Assembly: GCA_964624415.1 (NCBI GenBank)
Contig: CAZUWR010000002.1
Location: forward strand, 76,454 to 140,453
Reading direction: 5' to 3'
DNA: 64,000 nt
DNA from: an uncultured Bdellovibrionales bacterium
GTDB lineage: Bacteria; Patescibacteriota; Minisyncoccia; Moranbacterales; UBA1568
Below the pieces are notes generated by a model. It saw only the letters and a list, made by a program, of their open reading frames with translations, was not told the DNA's origin and ran no database searches. Within the stretch, counting starts at the first letter, position 1. Each line of letters opens with the position of its first letter. Positions 19,444-28,297 of the stretch are shown here, piece after piece. The position numbers and the translations under genes were made by a program.

Positions 19444-20292
19444 ATGCCGGAATTACCCGAGGTGCAAACCGTCGTTTCTCAGCTGGGAGAAAAAATCGTC
19501 GGGAAGAAAGTGAAATCCGTGTGGAGCGACTGGTCCAAAGCCGTGCGCCCGTCTTTGGTGATTTTTAAGAAGGAGATTGTCGGCGCAAAAATTATCGGAA
19601 CGAGACGGAAAGGAAAACACGCTATCCTCGATTTGGACAATGCGCATTCTATCGTCATACACCTCAAGATGACCGGGCATTTGTTGGTCAAAAACGATAT
19701 CAATCGCGAGAATGAGACATTTAAGGATCCGTACAATCAATTTATTCATCACATCCTCGCCTTTGCCGATGGCACGACGCTTGAGTTTTCGGATATGCGC
19801 AAATTCGGCTGGATGGAAGTGATGTCGACTGCGGATGTTGAAACACTCCCAAGTATCGCCTCGCTTGGAATTGATGCGCTTTCAGAAAAGTTCACACCGA
19901 AAGTACTCGATGAAATAGTTGCGAAAAAAGCCAAGTCGAAAATCGGCGCACTGCTTCTTGAGCAAGGAATTATCGCCGGCATCGGCAATATCTATCGCAG
20001 CGAATCTTTGTTTCAAGCAGGTATTCTTCCTGATAGGGTGGCCTCAAGTCTTTCTAAGGATGAACAGCATATCCTTTTGGCGAGTATCAAGAAAGTCCTT
20101 CGTAAGGCGTTGAAACACCGAGGGATGTCGGATGGCGACTTCCGCGATACCGATGGCAGGGAGGGAGAATTTCAAAAAGTTTTGGGCGTGTATGGACGCA
20201 GTGGAAAACCCTGCCCTAAGTGTGGTACAATGATACAACGAATGAAGTTGGGGCAAAGAAGCGCGTTTTTTTGTCCCTCGTGCCAACAATAA
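19444..20292 (+). CDS. mutM: Formamidopyrimidine-DNA glycosylase
   Basis: MPELPEV, RKGK, HLKMTG, GIGNIY, C-terminal CPKC...CPSC zinc finger. Confidence 0.97.
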   Translation: MPELPEVQTVVSQLGEKIVGKKVKSVWSDWSKAVRPSLVIFKKEIVGAKIIGTRRKGKHAILDLDNAHSIVIHLKMTGHLLVKNDINRENETFKDPYNQFIHHILAFADGTTLEFSDMRKFGWMEVMSTADVETLPSIASLGIDALSEKFTPKVLDEIVAKKAKSKIGALLLEQGIIAGIGNIYRSESLFQAGILPDRVASSLSKDEQHILLASIKKVLRKALKHRGMSDGDFRDTDGREGEFQKVLGVYGRSGKPCPKCGTMIQRMKLGQRSAFFCPSCQQ

Positions 20293-20308
20293 TTATCTAT
20301 CTCACGAT

Positions 20309-21505
20309 ATGAGCAATAAGCAAAAAATAGTGGTGGCGGTTGTAGTCGTAGCTATCGTTGCGGTGGGCGCATATTTTTTCCGGGATCGTCTCGGTTTAAA
20401 TAAAACACAAGTTAAGCAAATAGAACTTGATAAAAAACCGACAGTAGAAAATACCGGCCCGGTCAATACCGGCCCGGTCAGTCCGATTTCGGGTATCGCG
20501 TGCGAGCATTGGAATCGTCGTCCATTCGCGGTGATGCAACCGGTGGATGTCCAGGCACGTCCGGTCGCCGGATTTTCACAGGCGGATATGGTGTTTGAAA
20601 TGCCCAATCCGGCGGCTGGAATTTTTGTGACGCGGTTGCTCGGTGTTTATTTGTGCGATATGCCCGCCGAAATCGGCGCGATGCGCAGCGCTCGGCACGA
20701 TTATATCAATGTTGCCAAGGGATTGGATGCTATTTTTGTCGGATGGGGTGGATCGGCATTCGCTATCGCGAAGCTGAATGCCGGCGTGATTGACAATATC
20801 GACTGCAACGGTGAGGGTGGAAAGAAGGCTCCGGACTGCTGTTTTCGTAAAGAAAAAACAGGTCTGATGCGCGGAGAGGATACCGGTTTCGCCAAGGGTG
20901 AAAAACTCCTCAGTTGCGCGCAAGATTTCGGTTATCGTATGGAATCGAAGTTCGCAGGTTACGCTCACCAAGATGCACCAGCTACGGATGCACTTCCGAA
21001 TGGCGGGCACCTTTCTATCGGTTTCCCTGGTATTATGAAAGCCGATTACGATTATGATCGCGCCACTAATTCTTACCTGCGAACCTGGGGGAATGCTGAA
21101 GACAAAGATCGCAACAACGGCCAGCGTATCGCGCCGAAAAACATCGTGGTGCTCATTGCGGACAATGAACAGATTTTGGCAGATGTGGATTACAAAGCGC
21201 GAGGCGTGCAGGATCCGTGGGAAGGATTGGAAGCGTGGGAAAAGGAAGGACCGAAGAACATTTCCGGACGCTACAACAATATCCAACTCGGAGACCCATG
21301 GTTCGATACCAATGATAGCGGCGATATTCGTTATTACATGAACGGACAGGAATACAAAGGTACCTGGAAGAAAGACAAGTCGAGTCTCGACAGCAAACTC
21401 TTCTTCTTCGATGAATCGGGAGCCGAGGTGAAATTCGTCCCCGGACAGATCTGGGTGGAAGTGATGACCCCGGCACAGAAATTCACCTGGACCCCGGCAT
21501 CGTAG
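20309..21505 (+). CDS. DUF3048 domain protein (membrane anchored)
   Basis: RPFAVM, ARPVAGFSQADMVFE, TRLL, RSAR, PGQIWVEV. Confidence 0.75.
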   Translation: MSNKQKIVVAVVVVAIVAVGAYFFRDRLGLNKTQVKQIELDKKPTVENTGPVNTGPVSPISGIACEHWNRRPFAVMQPVDVQARPVAGFSQADMVFEMPNPAAGIFVTRLLGVYLCDMPAEIGAMRSARHDYINVAKGLDAIFVGWGGSAFAIAKLNAGVIDNIDCNGEGGKKAPDCCFRKEKTGLMRGEDTGFAKGEKLLSCAQDFGYRMESKFAGYAHQDAPATDALPNGGHLSIGFPGIMKADYDYDRATNSYLRTWGNAEDKDRNNGQRIAPKNIVVLIADNEQILADVDYKARGVQDPWEGLEAWEKEGPKNISGRYNNIQLGDPWFDTNDSGDIRYYMNGQEYKGTWKKDKSSLDSKLFFFDESGAEVKFVPGQIWVEVMTPAQKFTWTPAS

Positions 21506-21612
21506 GTGAGGGCACGAGAGAACGATATCGCATGTTTTATGTATAAAAGAACAGCTTAGAGTGAGCTGTTCTTTTACTTTCAAAAAAAGCCCATATAAGC
21601 TATACTAAGGCT

Positions 21613-22584
21613 ATGATTATCTTTTTATACGGGCAGGACGCGTTCCGTTCCCGGGAAAAAATGACCGAGCTTCGCAATGCCTACCTGGAGAAAAATCCTT
21701 CTTCAGGACTGTTCGAATTTGATGGAGAATCCGCTTCGGAGGAAACGATCAAGACTCTCAAGCAAACGCTCAATGAGTCGGGGCTGTTCGCGACCAAAAA
21801 ACTGGTGATACTGAAGCGTTTTACGGAAGCACCGGAATTTTCACAGAAGAAATTGGCAGAGTTTTTGGAAGAGAAATGCGCGAGTATCGATACTAATAAA
21901 GACAATATTTTGATCGTATGGGAGGCAACACTGCCCAAGAAAACCAATGTGCTCTTCAAGCTGCTCGACAAGCAGGTGGCCAAAAAACAACAGTTTGAAA
22001 TATTGAAAGGTATACGACTGGAACAATGGATCATCCATCGCATACACCTAATCGACGCGCAGACCAACATCGAAAAGAGAGCACTTCCGCTCTTGGTATC
22101 CGAAATGGGCGATGATTTATCAGCACTTGAAAATGAATTGCGAAAACTGACGGATGTCTGTGAGGACAAGCTGATACGCGAGGCCGATGTGGCGCTCTTC
22201 GTATCGCAGTCGGTGCGGAGTTTGGTATTTGAGGCGCTGGAGGCGCTGGCGTCGGGCAATCGTGTAAAAGCTCTAAGTCTCTTTGAGGCGCAGTTGGAAA
22301 AGGGAGAGAACGCGCTCTACCTCCTCTCGATGTGTGCATGGCAAATGCGCAATCTCCTCAAGGTGGCGGACGGCTATGCGGATGGAATGCGACAAGCATC
22401 GCTTCTTGCCAAAGAGCTCAAGCTCCATCCGTTTGTGGTGCAAAAGTTGCTTCGCCAAATCGGCGGATTCCCGATAGAGCGGATCAAAAAAAGTTTCGCA
22501 TTGCTCGCCGATCTGGACACACAATCCAAAAGCGGTCAGATCGATCCGAAGTTGGCGCTTGATATATTTGTGATGAAGGTATAA
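21613..22584 (+). CDS. holA: DNA polymerase III delta subunit
   Basis: MIIFLYGQD, GLFATKKLV, LENELRKL, LHPFVVQK. Confidence 0.9.
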   Translation: MIIFLYGQDAFRSREKMTELRNAYLEKNPSSGLFEFDGESASEETIKTLKQTLNESGLFATKKLVILKRFTEAPEFSQKKLAEFLEEKCASIDTNKDNILIVWEATLPKKTNVLFKLLDKQVAKKQQFEILKGIRLEQWIIHRIHLIDAQTNIEKRALPLLVSEMGDDLSALENELRKLTDVCEDKLIREADVALFVSQSVRSLVFEALEALASGNRVKALSLFEAQLEKGENALYLLSMCAWQMRNLLKVADGYADGMRQASLLAKELKLHPFVVQKLLRQIGGFPIERIKKSFALLADLDTQSKSGQIDPKLALDIFVMKV

Positions 22585-22606
22585 GTGAAAATAGTGTGTG
22601 TATGAT

Positions 22607-22640
22607 GAAAAAAACAGACCCATGGAGGGTCTGTTTTTTT
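22607..22640. terminator. Bidirectional intrinsic terminator between holA and rpsT
   Basis: aaaaaaacagaccc-atgga-gggtctgtttttt. Confidence 0.7.
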
Positions 22641-22666
22641 ACCGGTAAATACAAGAAATCGAAAGA

Positions 22667-23053
22667 CTATTTCTTGGCTGCAACTTTTTTCGCAACTTTA
22701 GCTACAACCTTCTTTGCGACTTTCTTTTTCGCAGGCGCTTTCTTTGCGACTACTTTCTTCGCAGGCTTCTTCGCAACGGCTACTACCTTGCCGATGGAAT
22801 TTTTTACGAGCGTGTTGAGACGGGATTTCTTTCGGGCAGCGGTGTTTTTCTTGAGCACTTTCTTCTGAGCAGCTTTATCCAAAGACTTGATAGCTGTCTT
22901 GAGCCACTTCTGTGCATCGTCGGTATTGCCGGCCTTTACCGCTTCACGGGTTTTTTTGATAGCACCTTTGAAGGTTCCTTTGACGATTTTGTTGCGAGCG
23001 GTTTTGCGTTCGGTGACGCGCATGTACTTCTTAGCACTTTCTTTGATAGGCAT
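22667..23053 (-). CDS. rpsT: 30S ribosomal protein S20 with Lys/Ala-rich tail
   Basis: MPIKESAKK, LDKAAQK, NTAARKKSRL. Confidence 0.95.
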   Translation of the reverse strand: MPIKESAKKYMRVTERKTARNKIVKGTFKGAIKKTREAVKAGNTDDAQKWLKTAIKSLDKAAQKKVLKKNTAARKKSRLNTLVKNSIGKVVAVAKKPAKKVVAKKAPAKKKVAKKVVAKVAKKVAAKK

Positions 23054-23110
23054 AATGTTGTCGTTTGTATCTTTACGAGAGCAACGTAAAGAGATACGTG
23101 AAATTAAAAG

Positions 23111-23232
23111 GCGGGAATGATAAGTGGATATTATTTGCTGAGTACGTGCATTTTTCTGCTGAAAAATTTCTCGTGCTCGACCCGTCGGGCTTCGCAGGCC
23201 TCCGCAAACAATATCCGCTTATCATTAACCGC
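23111..23232. repeat. Palindromic element family A, copy 5
   Basis: Arms aatgataagtggatattatttgc / gcaaacaatatccgcttatcatt; core nearly identical to copy 2. Confidence 0.9.
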
Positions 23233-23327
23233 AATGAGACACAACGGACTTCCTCTTTTGTACCATAACGTTTTCTTTTTGGCAAGTATGGGGGGAAATG
23301 GTAAACTGGATTATATAAACTTTTCCA

Positions 23328-23446
23328 AGGCTTTTCCGTTTGAGTACAGGGCGAGGCGCAAGTGAGGAGCGTAAATAAGCCGTACATGTGGTACGACGTT
23401 GCGCACCGGAACTTGCAACAAAGCATTGTGCCAAATGGGAAAGCCT
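23328..23446. repeat. Palindromic element family C, copy 1
   Basis: Arms aggcttttccgtttg / caaatgggaaagcct; core shared with 27721-27841. Confidence 0.8.
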
Positions 23447-23454
23447 ACGCCGTT

Positions 23455-24027
23455 ATGATTGCGCAAGTACAAGGCACTATCTCATATATCAAGGAAGGAT
23501 TCGCGGTCATTTTGGTTGGCGGTGTCGGGTACAAAGTCTTCGCTTCGCCCTATACGCTCGGCAATATCGCAGGGGGCGGTATCGTGACACTGCATACCCA
23601 CACCTATGTCCGTGAGGACTCATTGTCACTTTATGGTTTTTTGACACCCGAGGAGCTGGATATGTTCGAACTGCTTATTTCGGTCTCGGGCATCGGGCCT
23701 AAAGCGGGACTCGGGATTCTTTCGATCGCCGATCCCAACACCATCCGCACAGCTATTATCAATCACGACGCTTCCATTCTGACTCGCGTGTCGGGTGTGG
23801 GGAAAAAGACGGCTGAGCGAGTAATCCTTGATCTGGAAAACAAAGTCGGCAGCATTTCGGAAATCCACCGTACCGGCGTGACGCTTGATACGGATGCGAT
23901 GGACGCGCTGGTCGCGATGGGATACGCTATCGCCGAAGCTCGCGAGGCCCTCAAGATGGCGCCATCCGATATGACGGATGTTGGCGAAAAGGTGAAATTC
24001 GCCCTCAAGCATTTAGGAAGAAAATAG
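23455..24027 (+). CDS. ruvA: Holliday junction branch migration protein RuvA
   Basis: GGVGY, VREDSLSLYGF, VSGIGPK, GVGKKTAERV. Confidence 0.97.
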   Translation: MIAQVQGTISYIKEGFAVILVGGVGYKVFASPYTLGNIAGGGIVTLHTHTYVREDSLSLYGFLTPEELDMFELLISVSGIGPKAGLGILSIADPNTIRTAIINHDASILTRVSGVGKKTAERVILDLENKVGSISEIHRTGVTLDTDAMDALVAMGYAIAEAREALKMAPSDMTDVGEKVKFALKHLGRK

Positions 24028-25101
24028 ATGGAAACTACCACACGAGAGCAGATGCGAGTATTGCAAAGCCATATAGCGGATGGCGGTTTTTTGCAATCCA
24101 ACGAGTGGCTTCACTTTCAGGAATTGCTCGGACATCGCATTTTTCATTTCGAGGCGGACGATTGTTTCGCCAATATCATCGAGTACACACTTCCACCAAT
24201 AGGGAAATACTGGTATATTCCTCGCGGACCGGTCATCATCAATCAACAATTAACAAACAACAATCACCAAACAGCAATCAACAGACAGCAGACGACAAGT
24301 AATCATAAACCATCAGAAGCCTTTTTACACAGCATTGTCGTAAAGGCGAAACAGGAGGGAGTCGGCTGGATCCGCATAGAACCCGCGAAAGAAAGTGATC
24401 TGTCCGTATGGGAACAATTTCCAGAAGTGTCTATCAAAAAAGCCGCACACGATACACAACCGCGCGAAATCCTGGTGATGCCGATCGATGGGACACAAGA
24501 AGAAGTCCTGGCACGGATGAAATCGAAAACCCGTTATAATATCCGCCTCGCCGAAAAGAAAGGCGTCAGAGTCTTTACCTCTCACGAACAAGAACATATC
24601 GATACTTTCTGCGATTTAGTGGCTATCACGGCCAAACGCGATGGTATTGTGCCGCACCCGCGCGAGCACTATCGGAAAATGTTGCAGGCGATTCCGGATG
24701 CTATGCTCAAGCTTTATCTTGCCGAGTATGAGGGGACTATCGTCGCAGCCAACCTCGTTGTGTTTTTCGGAACCTATGCGACTTATCTACATGGCGCATC
24801 GGGCAATATCCATCGTGAGGTGATGGCACCGTATCTTTTGCAGTGGCGGCAGATACAGGATGCCAAAAAAAACGGTTGCGAACAGTACGATTTCGGCGGT
24901 GTTAAAACGAAGGATGCGAAGAATACCTGGGGAGGCATCACTCGCTTCAAACAAGGATTCGCGCCCGCGCAGGATGCGACGCATTTTCCGGGCAGCTACG
25001 ATGTCGTACTCGCTAGCAATCGATACCGGGCCTATATCGCATTGCAAACTCTGAAAAAAGCGTATAGAATGGTGAGAAGAATAGTGCGCAATATGTGCTA
25101 A
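24028..25101 (+). CDS. FemABX family peptidyl transferase (lipid II interpeptide bridge)
   Basis: FLQSNEW, YIPRGP, KTRYNIRLA, YLHGAS, YDFGG, GITRFKQGF. Confidence 0.9.
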   Translation: METTTREQMRVLQSHIADGGFLQSNEWLHFQELLGHRIFHFEADDCFANIIEYTLPPIGKYWYIPRGPVIINQQLTNNNHQTAINRQQTTSNHKPSEAFLHSIVVKAKQEGVGWIRIEPAKESDLSVWEQFPEVSIKKAAHDTQPREILVMPIDGTQEEVLARMKSKTRYNIRLAEKKGVRVFTSHEQEHIDTFCDLVAITAKRDGIVPHPREHYRKMLQAIPDAMLKLYLAEYEGTIVAANLVVFFGTYATYLHGASGNIHREVMAPYLLQWRQIQDAKKNGCEQYDFGGVKTKDAKNTWGGITRFKQGFAPAQDATHFPGSYDVVLASNRYRAYIALQTLKKAYRMVRRIVRNMC

Positions 25102-25234
25102 GTAACTGTCTAAAATCTTTTCGTTTTTTGCTTTTGTATAGTGTTTTTTCGAACTGCCGGGTCAAAGACGAAAGGCGAGAAAAAATACTATCAAAAGCCA
25201 AAAAAACAAGAGGGGAAAGATTTTAGACAGTTAC
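25102..25234. mobile_element. MITE family B copy 2 (TSD TAA = femABX stop codon)
   Basis: Same TIRs as copy 1, TAA duplicated on both sides. Confidence 0.85.
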
Positions 25235-25279
25235 TAAATGCTCAAGAGAATGTTTATTCGTCACATTAACTACAACCGT

Positions 25280-26038
25280 ATGATCGACAAGGATTTGCAG
25301 GCTGTCGGCTTGCAGGAAAAGGAAGCTAAAGTCTATTTGGCAGCGCTTGAGCTGGGCAAGGGGACGGCGCAGCAAATCGCGCGAAAGGCGGATCTGAAGC
25401 GTCCGACCACCTATGTAATCGTGGAAGAATTGATGCAGCAGGGATTGGTCTCAAGCTACTATGAGGGCAAGAAGCAATACTTTGTCGCCGAGCACCCGGA
25501 TCGATTGGGGGATTTGCTCAAAAAGGAACAAGAAGAAGTCGAGAAAAAGCAGGCGCACCTGAAGGCTATCTTGCCGCAGCTCCAGTCTATCAACAATCGC
25601 CAGACCGATAAGCCGGTGGTGAAGTACTATGAGGGCAAAGAGGGGATTTTGACGATGGTAGCAGAGCACGCAAAATCAAGCTTTGGGAAAACTGCTTACT
25701 CGGTGCATTCACGTGATATGTTGAATAAAGTACTCTCTGTAAAGGAGACGGAGGGAATTGCTAATGATAGAGTGGAACATCATATCAAGATGAAGTCTTT
25801 GTACACCTGGTCTCAGGGAACATTACCGAATCGTTCAGATACAGAAGGAATACGTTTAAGCGAAACTGACCTAGGTGTGAGTTGCGATATCGCGGTATTT
25901 GGTGATCGTATTCGAATAGCTTCTTTTAAGGATCGTTTGATTGGGGTGGTTATTGAAGATAAGGAAATCGCTAAATCATTTCAGGCTGTTTTTGAACTTG
26001 CATGGAAGTGGGCGCAAGAGCATCAAATAGATAAGTAG
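25280..26038 (+). CDS. TrmB family transcriptional regulator
   Basis: GLQEKEAKVYLAALELG...RPTTY HTH; PVVKYYEGKEG. Confidence 0.85.
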   Translation: MIDKDLQAVGLQEKEAKVYLAALELGKGTAQQIARKADLKRPTTYVIVEELMQQGLVSSYYEGKKQYFVAEHPDRLGDLLKKEQEEVEKKQAHLKAILPQLQSINNRQTDKPVVKYYEGKEGILTMVAEHAKSSFGKTAYSVHSRDMLNKVLSVKETEGIANDRVEHHIKMKSLYTWSQGTLPNRSDTEGIRLSETDLGVSCDIAVFGDRIRIASFKDRLIGVVIEDKEIAKSFQAVFELAWKWAQEHQIDK

Positions 26039-26273
26039 TTTATTTGAATGAGAGATTAAAAAGTTAAAACCACGAGCTCTCAAGGTAAAAAGAGAGTCCG
26101 TGGTCGTTTTTTTGAGGAATTTTCCTCACAGTATTTTAATGCCACATAGCCGTATCCTCCGTGGGAGGGGTTCTTTGTTTTGGCGAACGACCCATATTCC
26201 TCATGGAATCGTCAGCGCACTAACTGTATATAAGCATACCCTTGATATTCTGTCAAGAGGATTAGTTTGTAGG

Positions 26274-26389
26274 GCTGTTTGGAAGCCAATATTCTTAGGT
26301 CTGATGCCAGGTGGACGAAATATGCCAGCTCCGTGACATACTGTACTCGTAGTGCGCTAAAATCAGATTACTTCAGCAACCAAACAGCT
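26274..26389 (-). ncRNA. Candidate rod-shaped ncRNA (~116 nt)
   Basis: Promoter TTGACA(26424-26419)-17-TATGAT(26401-26396); closing stem GCTGTTTGG/CCAAACAGC; nested stems with G-U pairs on the minus strand. Confidence 0.55.
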
Positions 26390-26471
26390 TCGATTATCAT
26401 AGAGCTTTACTTCCCCTTTGTCAAGATTTCTGTATACTAGGATAAAGACCTCATTTTTTATCCCGAATCGT

Positions 26472-27737
26472 ATGCATACCTTCAAGTCCCTCATCCCGCA
26501 ATCCGTCAAGAACCTCTATCACCTCGCGCAGGCTGTGTTGGCGAATCTTTGGTACGGCTTTCCGTCACGCAGACTCACCATTATCGGGGTGACGGGGACG
26601 GATGGCAAGACGACGACCGTGCAATTGCTCAGCAGGATTTTCGAGGAAGCTGGCAAAAAAGTGGCTATGGCCTCGACCATCAATTTCAAGCTCGGTGACA
26701 AGGAATGGGTCAATACCTCCAAGCACACGACGCTCGGGAGCTTCGCGACACAGAAGTTCTTGAGGCAAGCGTCGGATGAGCAGTGCGATATCGTGATTAT
26801 CGAGACCGCTTCGCATGCGTTGGATCAGTATCGGGTCTGGGGTGTACGATATGCGGTCGCCGTCATTACCAATGTGACACGCGAGCATCTGGATTACCAC
26901 AAGACGATGGCACGCTACCGTCGTGCGAAAAAACGGCTTTTCGATAAAGCGAAAGTAGCAGTAGTCAATCTGGATATGGACAGTCCCGAGGAATTTTTGC
27001 AAGGGAAGTATGAGAAAACCATCACCTACAGCACACAAGAATCATCTGCACAGGCATTGGCGCATGACATACGACTTCGTTTGGATGGCTCGACCTTCGC
27101 TGTTGATGACCAAACATTTGACCTGGCGCTTCCCGGAATGTTCAATATCGAAAACGCCCTGGCAGCTATCAGTGTCGGTATCACTCAGGGCGTGAGTTTG
27201 GAAGTGATGGCATGTGCTTTGGCGAAAGTGACCGGCGTTCCGGGCCGTATGGAAAAAATTACCAATACTCGAGGTATCGAAATACTTATCGACTATGCTG
27301 TGACCCCCAATGCGCTTGAAAAGTTGTATGCCCTCGTGTCCGAGATGAAGCCATACAAAACATCGAGAATCATCGCGGTATTTGGGGCGTGCGGAGATCG
27401 TGATCGCGGCAAGCGGCCGATGATGGGCGCTATTGTATCATCCTACGCGGATGTGATTATCCTGACCAATGAAGATCCGTATTTCGAAAATCCGGAACGT
27501 ATCGTCAATGAAATATCCAAGGGAATTACGGGTAAAAAACGTGGCAAGACGTATTTTCACGTTATGAACCGTCGCAAAGCCATCCAGAAGGCCCTTAAAT
27601 TGGCCCAGGAGGGGGATATCGTTGTGATTACGGGTAAAGGTGCCGAAGAGACTATGGCTATCGGCAGAGAGCGAATTTCGTGGAATGATAAGCGAACGGT
27701 GCAAGAGATTTTACAAAAAGAGAATGTGCGCGTTTGA
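26472..27737 (+). CDS. murE: UDP-MurNAc-tripeptide synthetase
   Basis: GVTGTDGKTT, ETASH, TNVTREHLDYH, VPGRME, DYAVTP, GDRDRGKR, ITGKG. Confidence 0.93.
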   Translation: MHTFKSLIPQSVKNLYHLAQAVLANLWYGFPSRRLTIIGVTGTDGKTTTVQLLSRIFEEAGKKVAMASTINFKLGDKEWVNTSKHTTLGSFATQKFLRQASDEQCDIVIIETASHALDQYRVWGVRYAVAVITNVTREHLDYHKTMARYRRAKKRLFDKAKVAVVNLDMDSPEEFLQGKYEKTITYSTQESSAQALAHDIRLRLDGSTFAVDDQTFDLALPGMFNIENALAAISVGITQGVSLEVMACALAKVTGVPGRMEKITNTRGIEILIDYAVTPNALEKLYALVSEMKPYKTSRIIAVFGACGDRDRGKRPMMGAIVSSYADVIILTNEDPYFENPERIVNEISKGITGKKRGKTYFHVMNRRKAIQKALKLAQEGDIVVITGKGAEETMAIGRERISWNDKRTVQEILQKENVRV

Positions 27738-27841
27738 GTACAGTTCTAGGCGCAATCGAGGAGCGCAAGTAAGCCGTACAAAAAGTACGGTGTCGCGCAC
27801 CTCCGATTGGAACGACGAAATGTGCCAAACGAGTACATTCT
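27721..27841. repeat. Palindromic element family C, copy 2 (overlaps murE stop)
   Basis: Arms agaatgtgcgcgtttg / caaacgagtacattct. Confidence 0.8.
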
Positions 27842-27856
27842 AAGACGATGAAATAA

Positions 27857-28297
27857 TCAGATAAGAAAGGTAGTAATAACGAGCGTAAGGAGGATGCCGC
27901 AGATGGCGCCGACCACCACTTCCGCAGGCTTGTGACCGACGCGCTCCTTGAGTGCCGGGAATTCTTTTTCGTCGAGGTTGAGGTGCTTGATAATACTGTT
28001 GACGTACTGGGCATTTTGCCCGATATAGACACGCAGACGGAGCGCATCCATAATTACGATGATGGCCATGATGAGGGCGATGGCGAAAACGGGCGAACGG
28101 TACCCTTCGAAAACCCACATGGTCGTCACGAGCGAAGCGACATAGGCGGTGTGCGCGGATGGCATATGCCCGTAGGCGATGGAGTAATTGATATCCCAGC
28201 CGTATTTGCGGATGTAGTTGACGAACTTGATGAGCTCAGTGAGAAGTCCGACGGCGATAGGAACAAGAAACAAAGCTGCCGATTGCGTGAATTCCAT
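27857..28297 (-). CDS. Divergent PAP2 family (DUF212) protein
   Basis: GHMPSAHTA, MDALRLR, LKERVGHKPAEV. Confidence 0.9.
   Translation of the reverse strand: MEFTQSAALFLVPIAVGLLTELIKFVNYIRKYGWDINYSIAYGHMPSAHTAYVASLVTTMWVFEGYRSPVFAIALIMAIIVIMDALRLRVYIGQNAQYVNSIIKHLNLDEKEFPALKERVGHKPAEVVVGAICGILLTLVITTFLI

Noticed and set aside
20576-21583. Long antisense ORFs (e.g. 20576-21583, 57886-58926, 18074-18814, 4269-5066)
   Set aside because: Shadows of well-supported genes on the opposite strand or in another frame
1956-23232. Family A or B repeats as a CRISPR array or integron attC sites
   Set aside because: Dispersed kilobases apart among core genes, no repeat-spacer periodicity, no cas or intI gene, no consistent RYYYAAC/GTTRRRY ends
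23362-23454. N-terminal extension of RuvA
   Set aside because: Derived from the family C palindrome; RuvA homology begins at MIAQVQG (23455)
26274-26389. SRP 4.5S RNA assignment
   Set aside because: No GNRA tetraloop or CAGG/AGCA symmetric loop seen on either strand
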